Notes under the pieces: model-generated
What the model saw: the letters and a program-made list of their open reading frames with translations, nothing else
What the model was told of the DNA's origin: nothing
The model's database searches: none
Shown: positions 57,041 to 64,000 of the stretch, in pieces
Layout of the letters: each line of letters starts with the position of its first letter
Numbering within the stretch: position 1 is the stretch's first letter
DNA from: Methanobacteriaceae archaeon
Lineage (GTDB): Bacteria > Cyanobacteriota > Vampirovibrionia > Gastranaerophilales > Gastranaerophilaceae
Length of the DNA: 64,000 bases
Reading direction: 5' to 3'
Assembly (NCBI GenBank): GCA_963602355.1
Contig: CAVCIU010000002.1
Location: forward strand, 28,223-92,222
Made by a program: the position numbers and the translations under genes

Positions 57041-57550
57041 ATGAAAGTTTTAAGCAAACAAAAAAATTCAAGAATGTGCTTTATATGCGGAATGGATAAC
57101 CCACAAGGCTTTAAATCACAATTTTATAATATGGAAGACGGAAGTGTAATTGCACCAGTAAGATACAAAGATGTACACCAAAGCTTTCCGCAAAGAGTTC
57201 ACGGTGGATTAATTGCAACAATGCTAGACGAACTTGCATGTAGAGCTTATTGGGTAAACGGTGATTACACATTGGGTGTTACAACATCAATGGAATTAAA
57301 ATATAGAAAACCTGTGCCATATGATGTTGATTTGTTAGCTCAAGGTTATGTGATTTACGACAAATCAAGAATGTTTAAAACTAAATCAAAAATTATTGAT
57401 AAAGACGGAACCGTTTTTGCAGAATCAATAACAACTTATTTAAAATTACCAGTTGAAAAGATTGCACAAAACGTAGATGTACATGAAGAAATGCCATATT
57501 TGATTGAAGACGGCATTACAGAAATCGATTACGTTTCAACAATGGATTAA
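57041..57550 (+). CDS. PaaI/hotdog-fold thioesterase
   Basis: CFICGMDNPQG.., HGGLIATMLDE typical of PaaI-family thioesterases. Confidence 0.8.
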   Translation: MKVLSKQKNSRMCFICGMDNPQGFKSQFYNMEDGSVIAPVRYKDVHQSFPQRVHGGLIATMLDELACRAYWVNGDYTLGVTTSMELKYRKPVPYDVDLLAQGYVIYDKSRMFKTKSKIIDKDGTVFAESITTYLKLPVEKIAQNVDVHEEMPYLIEDGITEIDYVSTMD

Positions 57551-57638
57551 TATATTAAAGATTGTAAAAATCATGCTCTAATCAAGCAATAATCATGGTT
57601 TATCTACCTTAACTATGGCATAAGGTAGTGTATTAAAT

Positions 57639-59126
57639 ATGTTAATTAATTCTGTAAACACAGTCTCAAAAACAGTATCTAAGCCGTTAAACAAGGTTGT
57701 CCCTCAACCTCGAATGATAAATGGCTTGGCTAAAGATACTTTCCAAAAAAGCACTACTGTTACAAACCCAAAAAGAATGATGCCTCCAAATACTAGTATA
57801 AAAGGCATATTTGATTTGTCATACTCAACTCTTAGACCTGAAAATAAGGCAAAAGTTGATGAAGCAAAAGAAAGATTGAAAAAACAATACGGCAATGAAA
57901 TCATTGATTTAACTTTTGAAGCCGATAAATATTCACCAAACAATGAATACTGCTTAAAAGCTACATTAGGAATATCAGAAAGCCATTCTGAATTTTATGA
58001 TAATGATATAAATAAAATTGGTGAAGAAGATGTAAGCTATTATGCCAAAAATGGTGAAGTGTATATAATTACTAAGAATACAGATTATAGAAATAATACA
58101 ACTACTAAAGTTAGAAAACAATTTGATAATAATGGCAAAAAAGTTGTAACAGACGAAGTTAGAATTGTAAGAGATAAAAATAATAATATTGTCAGAAAAG
58201 AAATGATGACTCATTCTGACATAACAGGTGCTTTTGACCAAAAATACGTTTACCCAGACGGAACAGAAAAAGTAATTTCTCAAACAAAGAAATTCAAAAA
58301 GTTTGACGGAATGGAATGTGTTCATAAAGATATGACATCAATTGACGGAACAAGAACACAATACAAACTTGAACAAGATAACAAAGGCAATAAACTTTTA
58401 GAATACAAAATTACCGATAAAGACGGTAAAGTTTTGATGAATTTAAACAAAACTATGGAAAGAGTTTCTGATAACAAAGTTATCTCTTCTAATGGTGATA
58501 AAGTTTATGAAATGACTTTTGAGCCAAAACAAATAACAATTCAAGAAAGAGGAAAAGAAGCAACAGTTATACCAATTAAAAAAGGCTTTTTCTCAAGAAA
58601 AGGTTTAAAAATTACTGGCGAAAAGAAAGAAATGGCTGAGTTGTTGCAAAAATTGCCAGCCGAGCAATTAAAAGTATTATCAAAAACAGTAAAGACTTTA
58701 AACGGTACAAACAATACAAAAGAATGCAATATGCAACCTTTGTCAAAAACCGTTAACACAATAAACGAAGTCTTTTCTGCATTACACGAAATCGGACACG
58801 CAGTAGATTATAAAAAATCAAGCTTGTTCTTGCCTGATTTTACAACAATTTCAAGAGATGATGATTTAAAAAGAATTTATTCAGAAGAAAAAGATAATTT
58901 TGATAAAGCATATCCAAATGCTCAAAGAGAGCACCTTGATTACTTTATCGACCAAAAAGAACACTACTCTGGAAAATGGGGTGGTTTACAAGAATTAGTT
59001 GCAGAAACAAACGCACTAAGAGATTCTTACACAACAGAAGAGGCTTTAGCCGTTCGTGTACAATACTTGCAACAACATTTTCCAAAATCAATAGCATATA
59101 TAAATAATATGTTAGAAAAACAATAG
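57639..59126 (+). CDS. zinc metallopeptidase, M34-type (anthrax-LF/PPEP-like) domain, with shared N-terminal leader; paralog of 51412-52953
   Basis: LHEIGHAVD (HEIGH at 58785-58799), LVAETNAL, QYLQQHFPK. Shared strings with the paralog: DYRNN, TRTQY, YKITD, GKVLMN. Confidence 0.6.
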   Translation: MLINSVNTVSKTVSKPLNKVVPQPRMINGLAKDTFQKSTTVTNPKRMMPPNTSIKGIFDLSYSTLRPENKAKVDEAKERLKKQYGNEIIDLTFEADKYSPNNEYCLKATLGISESHSEFYDNDINKIGEEDVSYYAKNGEVYIITKNTDYRNNTTTKVRKQFDNNGKKVVTDEVRIVRDKNNNIVRKEMMTHSDITGAFDQKYVYPDGTEKVISQTKKFKKFDGMECVHKDMTSIDGTRTQYKLEQDNKGNKLLEYKITDKDGKVLMNLNKTMERVSDNKVISSNGDKVYEMTFEPKQITIQERGKEATVIPIKKGFFSRKGLKITGEKKEMAELLQKLPAEQLKVLSKTVKTLNGTNNTKECNMQPLSKTVNTINEVFSALHEIGHAVDYKKSSLFLPDFTTISRDDDLKRIYSEEKDNFDKAYPNAQREHLDYFIDQKEHYSGKWGGLQELVAETNALRDSYTTEEALAVRVQYLQQHFPKSIAYINNMLEKQ

Positions 59127-59178
59127 AACTATCACTCAACAAAAAAATACACTAGCTATCAAACAAAAGGAGAAATAT

Positions 59179-59589
59179 ATGAAAATTATGCAAATGGCGA
59201 ATAGAGCCGTATCACAGCAACAAAGAACAAAAGTTCAAGTTCAACAAAGAGTAACAAACCCAATGTTCATTGTACCAAAGATGAAATTACAAGGTCCTGA
59301 AAAGGATATGTTTGTAAAATCAGCACAAAAACCTCAAGAAACAAAGAAAAAAGAAGAATACACTAACGAAGATGCAATGGCATTAATGAGAGAAGAATTA
59401 AAAGACGCAATGCCAGAAGAAGAATTAAATACATTTATGGAAAACCTTGACGGTATGTGCAAATATTTGAACATTGAACCAAAAGATTTACCAATCAATG
59501 AAGAGCACCCTGGAAATTTAACAGAAGACCAAAGAAAACAAGTTTTCTACTTGTTAAAGGTTGATTCATTGTCTCCAGTTACAAAATAA
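59179..59589 (+). CDS. hypothetical acidic 136-aa protein with shared N-terminal leader
   Basis: SD AAGGAG. Leader MKIMQMANRAVSQQQRTKVQVQQRVTNP...PEKDMFVKS, then an acidic helical part. Confidence 0.6.
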   Translation: MKIMQMANRAVSQQQRTKVQVQQRVTNPMFIVPKMKLQGPEKDMFVKSAQKPQETKKKEEYTNEDAMALMREELKDAMPEEELNTFMENLDGMCKYLNIEPKDLPINEEHPGNLTEDQRKQVFYLLKVDSLSPVTK

Positions 59590-59648
59590 CAGCATATAAA
59601 TATATATAGTCTTTTTAATTCAAATTAATATAAGGAAGTAGGAATATA

Positions 59649-60395
59649 ATGAAAATAAATAGTGTTGCTCCACAATTTTATACTAGTCAAATGACTAGTA
59701 TCACTAGCAAAAATATCACTCCAGTGTCAGCGCCTCAAACCCAAAACAAGAACGTAACTTCACCAATTAAAAAAGATGCGTTATCACACTTGGCATATTT
59801 AGGTATTCAAAGCCTTCCTTATACTGCAAACGTAACTTTTAAGGGCGACCCTAATAAACAAAAGAAAGGCTATGTACAGGTTTATACAGGCGACGGCAAA
59901 GGTAAAACAACAGCCGCGATGGGACTTTCATTGAGAGCTTTAGGACAAGGTAAAAAAGTTAATATCACAATGTTTACCAAAGGCGGAGATAATTACGGTG
60001 AAATCAAAGCCTTTAATAAACTTCAACCAGATATTAGAAAAAATTTAACTATAAACCAAGCAGGGCTTGATAGAATTGTTTATACATCAAACGAGACTGA
60101 AGAAGATAGAAAAATCATGAGACAAGGTTGGGAAAATGCTAAGAAGGTTATTAATAGTGGTGAAGCAGACCTTGTTGTACTTGACGAAATCAATATTGCA
60201 GTAGATTTGAACATTATTGATGAAAAAGATGTTTTAGAAACTATTAAGAATAAACCCGAAAACGTTGAAATTGTAATGACAGGCAGAAATGCACACAAGA
60301 GCATTATGGAAGCTGCAGATTTAGTATCAAACATTCAAGCCGTGAAACACTACTATGATGCTGGTGTTATGGCAAGAGAAGGTATCGAATACTAG
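59649..60395 (+). CDS. cobO: cob(I)yrinic acid a,c-diamide adenosyltransferase (CobO/BtuR type) with ~70-aa N-terminal leader extension
   Basis: VYTGDGKGKTTAAMG P-loop, LVVLDEIN, MTGRNA, VKHYYDAGVMAREGIEY. The N-terminus carries the shared leader. Confidence 0.85.
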   Translation: MKINSVAPQFYTSQMTSITSKNITPVSAPQTQNKNVTSPIKKDALSHLAYLGIQSLPYTANVTFKGDPNKQKKGYVQVYTGDGKGKTTAAMGLSLRALGQGKKVNITMFTKGGDNYGEIKAFNKLQPDIRKNLTINQAGLDRIVYTSNETEEDRKIMRQGWENAKKVINSGEADLVVLDEINIAVDLNIIDEKDVLETIKNKPENVEIVMTGRNAHKSIMEAADLVSNIQAVKHYYDAGVMAREGIEY

Positions 60396-60470
60396 CCATT
60401 TGACTAGTATATTTTTAAGAACTAGACTTTTGACTATTAGCCATGTGGCTAATAGTCATTTGACTAGTAT
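60393..60470. repeat. direct repeats flanking a perfect 13-bp inverted repeat
   Basis: tag[CT]CATTTGACTAGTAT at 60393-60410 and 60453-60470. tgactattagcca-tg-tggctaatagtca at 60431-60458. Confidence 0.8.
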
Positions 60471-60485
60471 GTGAAAATTTTACCC

Positions 60486-60977
60486 CTAATAATCAAGTAT
60501 TTTAACCTTCATGCCACTTTGAAGGTTATAATTTGAATAATCTGGAATGTAATATGGAGTTTGAATTGGAGGAGTAAAGCCAGTAGGCATGCCTCTAAAG
60601 TTATTATAAAAACGTTTTCTTAAACTATTATGATATGGTGAATAACATTGTTGATTATTTTCTCTCATTGCACGTTTTAGCGCTCTGTATCGAGAATATT
60701 CATCACCAGACTGCACAGCACCAAAAGTTGCCTCTTCCATTCTACTTAGACGTTGAGAAGGTGTTTCTGATGAAAAGTTATTGTATAACATTTTTCTTTC
60801 TAAGTTGTTAAATGCTCTTTGAGAATACATGCCCTTTGGCTTGTATATTTTTGGATAAGTTTGGTAATACGTAGGATTAGGGATATATTCTGTAGTTGAG
60901 AAGGAGTAATCGCAAAATCCTACGTTACCTAACAACAAAAAGAAAAATAAAAATGATAGTAAAAAAATATTCTTCAT
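60486..60977 (-). CDS. secreted Tyr/Asn/Pro-rich hypothetical protein
   Basis: Sec signal (MKNIFLLSFLFFFLLLGNVGFC) and an LERKMLYNNFSSETPSQRLSRMEEATFG repeat-like element. Confidence 0.65.
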   Translation of the reverse strand: MKNIFLLSFLFFFLLLGNVGFCDYSFSTTEYIPNPTYYQTYPKIYKPKGMYSQRAFNNLERKMLYNNFSSETPSQRLSRMEEATFGAVQSGDEYSRYRALKRAMRENNQQCYSPYHNSLRKRFYNNFRGMPTGFTPPIQTPYYIPDYSNYNLQSGMKVKILDY

Positions 60978-61037
60978 ATAAAGATTTATACGAAGAATAT
61001 TTTTATTTTTTAATTAGACACTTAGTGAATTTTTGTA

Positions 61038-62228
61038 TTAACCGAATAATGAGAAACCTCTTTCAGCATTTTCTGAAATTAATGATTTCATTGATTCATA
61101 TTCTGTGCAAGCTGCTGAGTATTCAGTTTCTGCTTGTTTTTGTCTTAAATCAAGACCTTTTTCTTTGATTGTCATTTTACCAGTTTCAGCATCATAGTAG
61201 TTTTGAGCAGCTTGTCTTGCAGCATCTCTTCTTGAATAATCGATTGTTTGAATTGTTGAAGTTTCAGTCCAAGTTTCTGTATCAGTTGTACCTTCAGTAG
61301 CAGCTGTGCCTGCGTTATAAGTAGCAACATCACTTAATGAAAGTTGTTGACCATCTTTTGAAAGAATGATTGAACCGTTGATGATTGATTCTTTTAATAA
61401 TTCTGAGTCAGTTTTGCATCTATCTAATAAAGAAGATGAACCTGTTGATTGTGCTGGAGTTGAAGAAGGAGTTTCTTCATAGTAACCGTAAGCTGGATCA
61501 CCGACTTTAGAAGCATCTGGAGTAGCATCAGCTTTACCCATAGAACCAAGAATTTCTTCTAATTTGCTTTGGCTGAAAGCAACTCTAGTGTTGTAGCTAG
61601 AAGTATCAGCTGTTGAAGATTGAGCAAACATTTTAGCTAATCTGTTAGCGCTATAATATTTACCATATTGGCATTCTTGTTCGCCTTCTGGTTGGAAGCC
61701 TGTTAAAGCTTTGTAAGTTGTTTCAGTAGTACTTTTTGTACCATCTGCGTTCCAACCTGTAGCACCAGGATTTTGTGTATCGATTAAGCCTTTGTCGCCT
61801 AATAATTTAACTAATTCAGCAACTGTTTGAGGCATTTGCCAAGCATCGCCACCAGTTGTGTACCATTTCCAAACTTTTTCAGTTGAGTTTGCGTTTGAAT
61901 TTGATACTGCATTTTTTTCTTTAATTTCATAACCAGCATTTCTCAAGTTGTTGTAATCTAAAGAAATGTTGAAGTTCCAGCCACCAGCTGTACCAGCAGT
62001 ACCAGCTGTATTGTATGTTCTAGAACCGTTTGTTGTATTTGTAGTTGTAATATAGTCAGGACCAATGTTATTAGCTTCGTTTAACATATTATTATATTTA
62101 ATAGATATGTTATTAGACATAGCAGTTAAAAGAATTTTTTCATTTGTACAACGCATAGAAGTTAACTCAAGATCATGCATTCTTGATTGTAGAGTTAAAA
62201 GTCTTGCTTGATTTGCTGCTAAACCCAT
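61038..62228 (-). CDS. sigma-28-dependent 396-aa protein with flagellin-like architecture (helical conserved termini, Thr/Ser/Gly/Asn-rich centre)
   Basis: ATG 62228 (MGLAANQARLLTLQSR) follows AGGAAAGGAAAA. The GTG 62261 of the ORF track lies upstream of the predicted transcription start. No signal peptide. Confidence 0.7.
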   Translation of the reverse strand: MGLAANQARLLTLQSRMHDLELTSMRCTNEKILLTAMSNNISIKYNNMLNEANNIGPDYITTTNTTNGSRTYNTAGTAGTAGGWNFNISLDYNNLRNAGYEIKEKNAVSNSNANSTEKVWKWYTTGGDAWQMPQTVAELVKLLGDKGLIDTQNPGATGWNADGTKSTTETTYKALTGFQPEGEQECQYGKYYSANRLAKMFAQSSTADTSSYNTRVAFSQSKLEEILGSMGKADATPDASKVGDPAYGYYEETPSSTPAQSTGSSSLLDRCKTDSELLKESIINGSIILSKDGQQLSLSDVATYNAGTAATEGTTDTETWTETSTIQTIDYSRRDAARQAAQNYYDAETGKMTIKEKGLDLRQKQAETEYSAACTEYESMKSLISENAERGFSLFG

Positions 62229-62251
62229 TACATTTTTCCTTTCCTTTCTAC

Positions 62252-62279
62252 TTATCGGCACACTTGAAGAAAACCTTTA
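62252..62279 (-). promoter_or_regulatory. sigma-28 (FliA)-type promoter
   Basis: On the minus strand: TAAAGGTT (62279-62272), 12 nt, GCCGATAA (62259-62252). Near-identical to the enterobacterial TAAAGTTT-N11-GCCGATAA consensus. Confidence 0.65.
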
Positions 62280-62514
62280 ATGTTAAAATCGCTCAAAACC
62301 ATGCCATGATTGCGTTTTACATGATTTTTTCTTTGATTTTACTGGGTTTCAGACCCTAAAATTTAATTGTAACAGATTGTAAACATTGTATTTTTACGTT
62401 ACATTTCTTAATAAACACGAATAAAAAATCTAAAATAAAACTTCATGAATTTGCCAACTCAAAAAAAAATATTTTATAATTAAATAAATTAATTTAAGGT
62501 AGGAGATTTGGGAT

Positions 62515-63750
62515 ATGGAATTAGATATTATAAAAGCAGTAGACCCAGAAGTCGAAGCATATATTGAAGAAGAATTAAAAAGACAAGAAGATACAATTGA
62601 ACTTATCGCTAGTGAAAACATCACTTCAAAAGCCGTTATGGCAGCCTGTGGATCTGTTTTAACTAACAAATACGCAGAAGGTAAACCTCACAAACGTTAT
62701 TACAACGGTTGCGAAGTTGTTGATAAAATTGAAGAACTTGCTCAACAAAGAGCTTGCAAATTGTTCAATATGGCGCATGCAAATGTTCAACCACATTCAG
62801 GCGCTCAAGCAAATATGGCAGTATTCTTCGCATTACTAAAACACGGCGATACAATTCTTGGTATGGACTTATCAAACGGTGGGCATTTGTCTCACGGTTG
62901 CCCTGTAAACTTTTCAGGCACATACTTTGATGCAAAAAGTTATGGTGTAGACGAATACGGTAACATTGATTACGAAGACGTTAGAAAAAAAGCTCACGAA
63001 TACAAACCAAAATTAATCATTTGTGGTGCATCTAATTATTCTAAAATTATTGATTTCAAAAAATTCAGAGAAATTGCAGACGAAGTTGGCGCATACTTAA
63101 TGGCAGACATTGCTCACATTGCAGGTCTTGTAGCAGCAGGAATTCACCCATCTCCAGCAGGTTATGCTCAAATCGTTACAACTACAACTCACAAAACCCT
63201 AAGAGGTCCTCGTGGCGGTATCATCATGTGCGACGAAGATTTAGCTTTAGCAATTGATAAAGCTGTTTTTCCTGGAATTCAAGGTGGACCTTTAGAACAC
63301 ATTATTGCAGGTAAAGCAGTTGCTCTACTTGAAGCTTCTAAACCAGAATTCAAAGCTTATGCAGAACAAATCGTTAAAAACGCAAAAGCACTTGCAGACA
63401 CATTAATGGAAGAAGGCATGGATATCGTTGGCGGAGGCACAGAAAACCACTTAATGACATTAGACCTTAGAAAATTAAACAAAACTGGTAAAGACATGAC
63501 AAATGTACTTGAAACAGTAGGTATCACAGCTAACAAAAACACTGTTCCAAACGACCCTCAAAGTCCATTCGTAACAAGTGGTATCAGATTAGGTACTCCA
63601 GCCGTTACAACTAGAGGTTTCAAAGAAGACGACATGAGAGAAGTTGCAAAAATTATTGCATCTGCAATATATTCGTCAGATAATGAAGAAGGATTAAACA
63701 ATCTTAAAGCTCGTTCTTTAAAATTGTTAGCTAAATATCCATTATACTAG
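62515..63750 (+). CDS. glyA: serine hydroxymethyltransferase
   Basis: [40 protein letters not shown] (PLP-Lys). Confidence 0.97.
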   Translation: MELDIIKAVDPEVEAYIEEELKRQEDTIELIASENITSKAVMAACGSVLTNKYAEGKPHKRYYNGCEVVDKIEELAQQRACKLFNMAHANVQPHSGAQANMAVFFALLKHGDTILGMDLSNGGHLSHGCPVNFSGTYFDAKSYGVDEYGNIDYEDVRKKAHEYKPKLIICGASNYSKIIDFKKFREIADEVGAYLMADIAHIAGLVAAGIHPSPAGYAQIVTTTTHKTLRGPRGGIIMCDEDLALAIDKAVFPGIQGGPLEHIIAGKAVALLEASKPEFKAYAEQIVKNAKALADTLMEEGMDIVGGGTENHLMTLDLRKLNKTGKDMTNVLETVGITANKNTVPNDPQSPFVTSGIRLGTPAVTTRGFKEDDMREVAKIIASAIYSSDNEEGLNNLKARSLKLLAKYPLY

Positions 63751-63772
63751 ACTTTATATAAGGAGAATAATT

Positions 63773-64000
63773 ATTTTAATCAAGTTATCACAAGCACAAA
63801 TCATTGGTGCAGTTATATCATATATATTAGGTGTATTCATCGTTCCGTCAGTTATCGCTTTCTCAAAAAAAGAAGGCTTAGTTGACGTTCCAAACGAAAG
63901 AAAAATACACAAAGTGCCAATCTCAAGACTTGGTGGTGTAGCAATTTGGTCTAGCACAATGCTTACATTCCTATTATTAGTATTCTTGAGTTATTATCCA
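63773..64000 (+). CDS. WecA/TagO-like polyprenyl-phosphate sugar-1-phosphate transferase (MraY-superfamily, GT4), 5' part only
   Basis: LVDVPNERKIHKVPISRLGGVAIW motif; the frame is open to the window end. SD AAGGAG at 63760-63765, but no ATG/GTG/TTG in frame after it, so the start (ATT 63773?) is uncertain. Confidence 0.65.
   Translation, partial: MLIKLSQAQIIGAVISYILGVFIVPSVIAFSKKEGLVDVPNERKIHKVPISRLGGVAIWSSTMLTFLLLVFLSYYP

Noticed and set aside
57921-57928. GCCGATAA octamer on the plus strand, a possible third sigma-28 -10 box.
   Set aside because: It sits inside the 495-aa coding sequence (codons E-A-D-K), there is no TAAA at -35 distance, and no downstream gene start exists.
62229-62261. 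Longer GTG start (MPISRKERKNV...) for the 396-aa gene given in the ORF track.
   Set aside because: The GTG lies within or upstream of the predicted sigma-28 -10 box and transcription start. The internal ATG 62228 has a proper SD.
62306-62359. 17-codon hydrophobic mini-ORF (MIAFYMIFSLILLGFRP) in the glyA upstream gap.
   Set aside because: It has no SD and no promoter or terminator signals comparable to the two toxin-antitoxin-like loci, and such an ORF is likely by chance in AT-rich DNA.
63754-63957. 67-aa minus-strand ORF at the window end.
   Set aside because: It is antisense to the WecA-like reading frame, which carries the conserved PNERKIH..P..GG motif.
1-64000. Search for CRISPR arrays, tRNA/rRNA genes, transposases, integrases, reverse transcriptases and classical defence genes.
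   Set aside because: Reading all intergenic gaps longer than 100 bp showed no regularly spaced repeats and no cloverleaf-like or rRNA-like sequence. No ORF had recombinase, nuclease or helicase motifs. A tRNAscan/Infernal run would be needed for certainty.

Overview
AT-rich chromosomal window from a flagellated, LPS-bearing (diderm) bacterium. waaA, a GT9 heptosyltransferase, an LptF/G permease, a TolC-like protein and flagellin are all present. Mini-RNase III and a GH57 enzyme would fit a Melainabacteria-like or similar low-GC lineage, but I cannot establish taxonomy from this window. I recognised no rRNA, tRNA, CRISPR array, transposase, integrase or classical defence gene. Layout: (i) 0.1-14.4 kb is a surface-glycan locus with an MBOAT, GT9, a GT2-GT11 fucosyltransferase fusion, a GT-D-like protein, GT4, a DegT aminotransferase, a cupin, an LbH acetyltransferase, gmd, fcl and a GT-C membrane protein. 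(ii) A solitary flagellin gene lies at 14.6-15.8 kb, followed by unusually GC-rich, hairpin-dense repeat modules. These modules recur at 11.8, 12.9, 16.0 and 19.1-19.3 kb. (iii) 16-39 kb is mostly housekeeping: TolC-like fusion, yjbQ, GH57, GT4, HD-GYP regulator, AGXT-type aminotransferase, waaA, FkbM methyltransferase, ispD, beta-carbonic anhydrase, three WG-repeat secreted proteins, mrnC, tdk, tyrS, cysK, cysE, ADH and lptF/G. (iv) 40-62 kb mixes housekeeping genes (dut, a cation/H+ antiporter, an AI-2E transporter, DUF374, tag, a thioesterase, glyA) with many orphan genes. The most interesting signal is in block (iv). At least five unrelated proteins share an N-terminal, non-Sec leader: M-x-I-N start, an N/Q/S/T/V-rich stretch, V-x-[ST]-[NS]-P, then [KR]-D-x-[FL]-x-[KH]. 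They are two anthrax-LF/PPEP-like (M34-type) HExxH peptidases, an acidic 136-aa protein, a CobO-type adenosyltransferase and a 127-aa membrane protein. Weaker echoes occur in a 1369-aa papain-like protein and a Ca-binding HExxH protein. Two other orphan genes carry near-consensus sigma-28 (FliA) promoters with identical geometry. One of these encodes a 396-aa protein with flagellin-like architecture, and an 88-aa mini-paralog shares its termini. I propose, as inference only, a flagellum-linked or otherwise dedicated export/processing system for a protease-rich protein set. Secondary candidates are two intergenic small-hydrophobic-ORF/convergent-sRNA modules resembling type I toxin-antitoxin loci (19.38-19.60 kb and 23.53-23.68 kb). 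All functional calls come from motif recognition by eye; no database search or folding computation was run.
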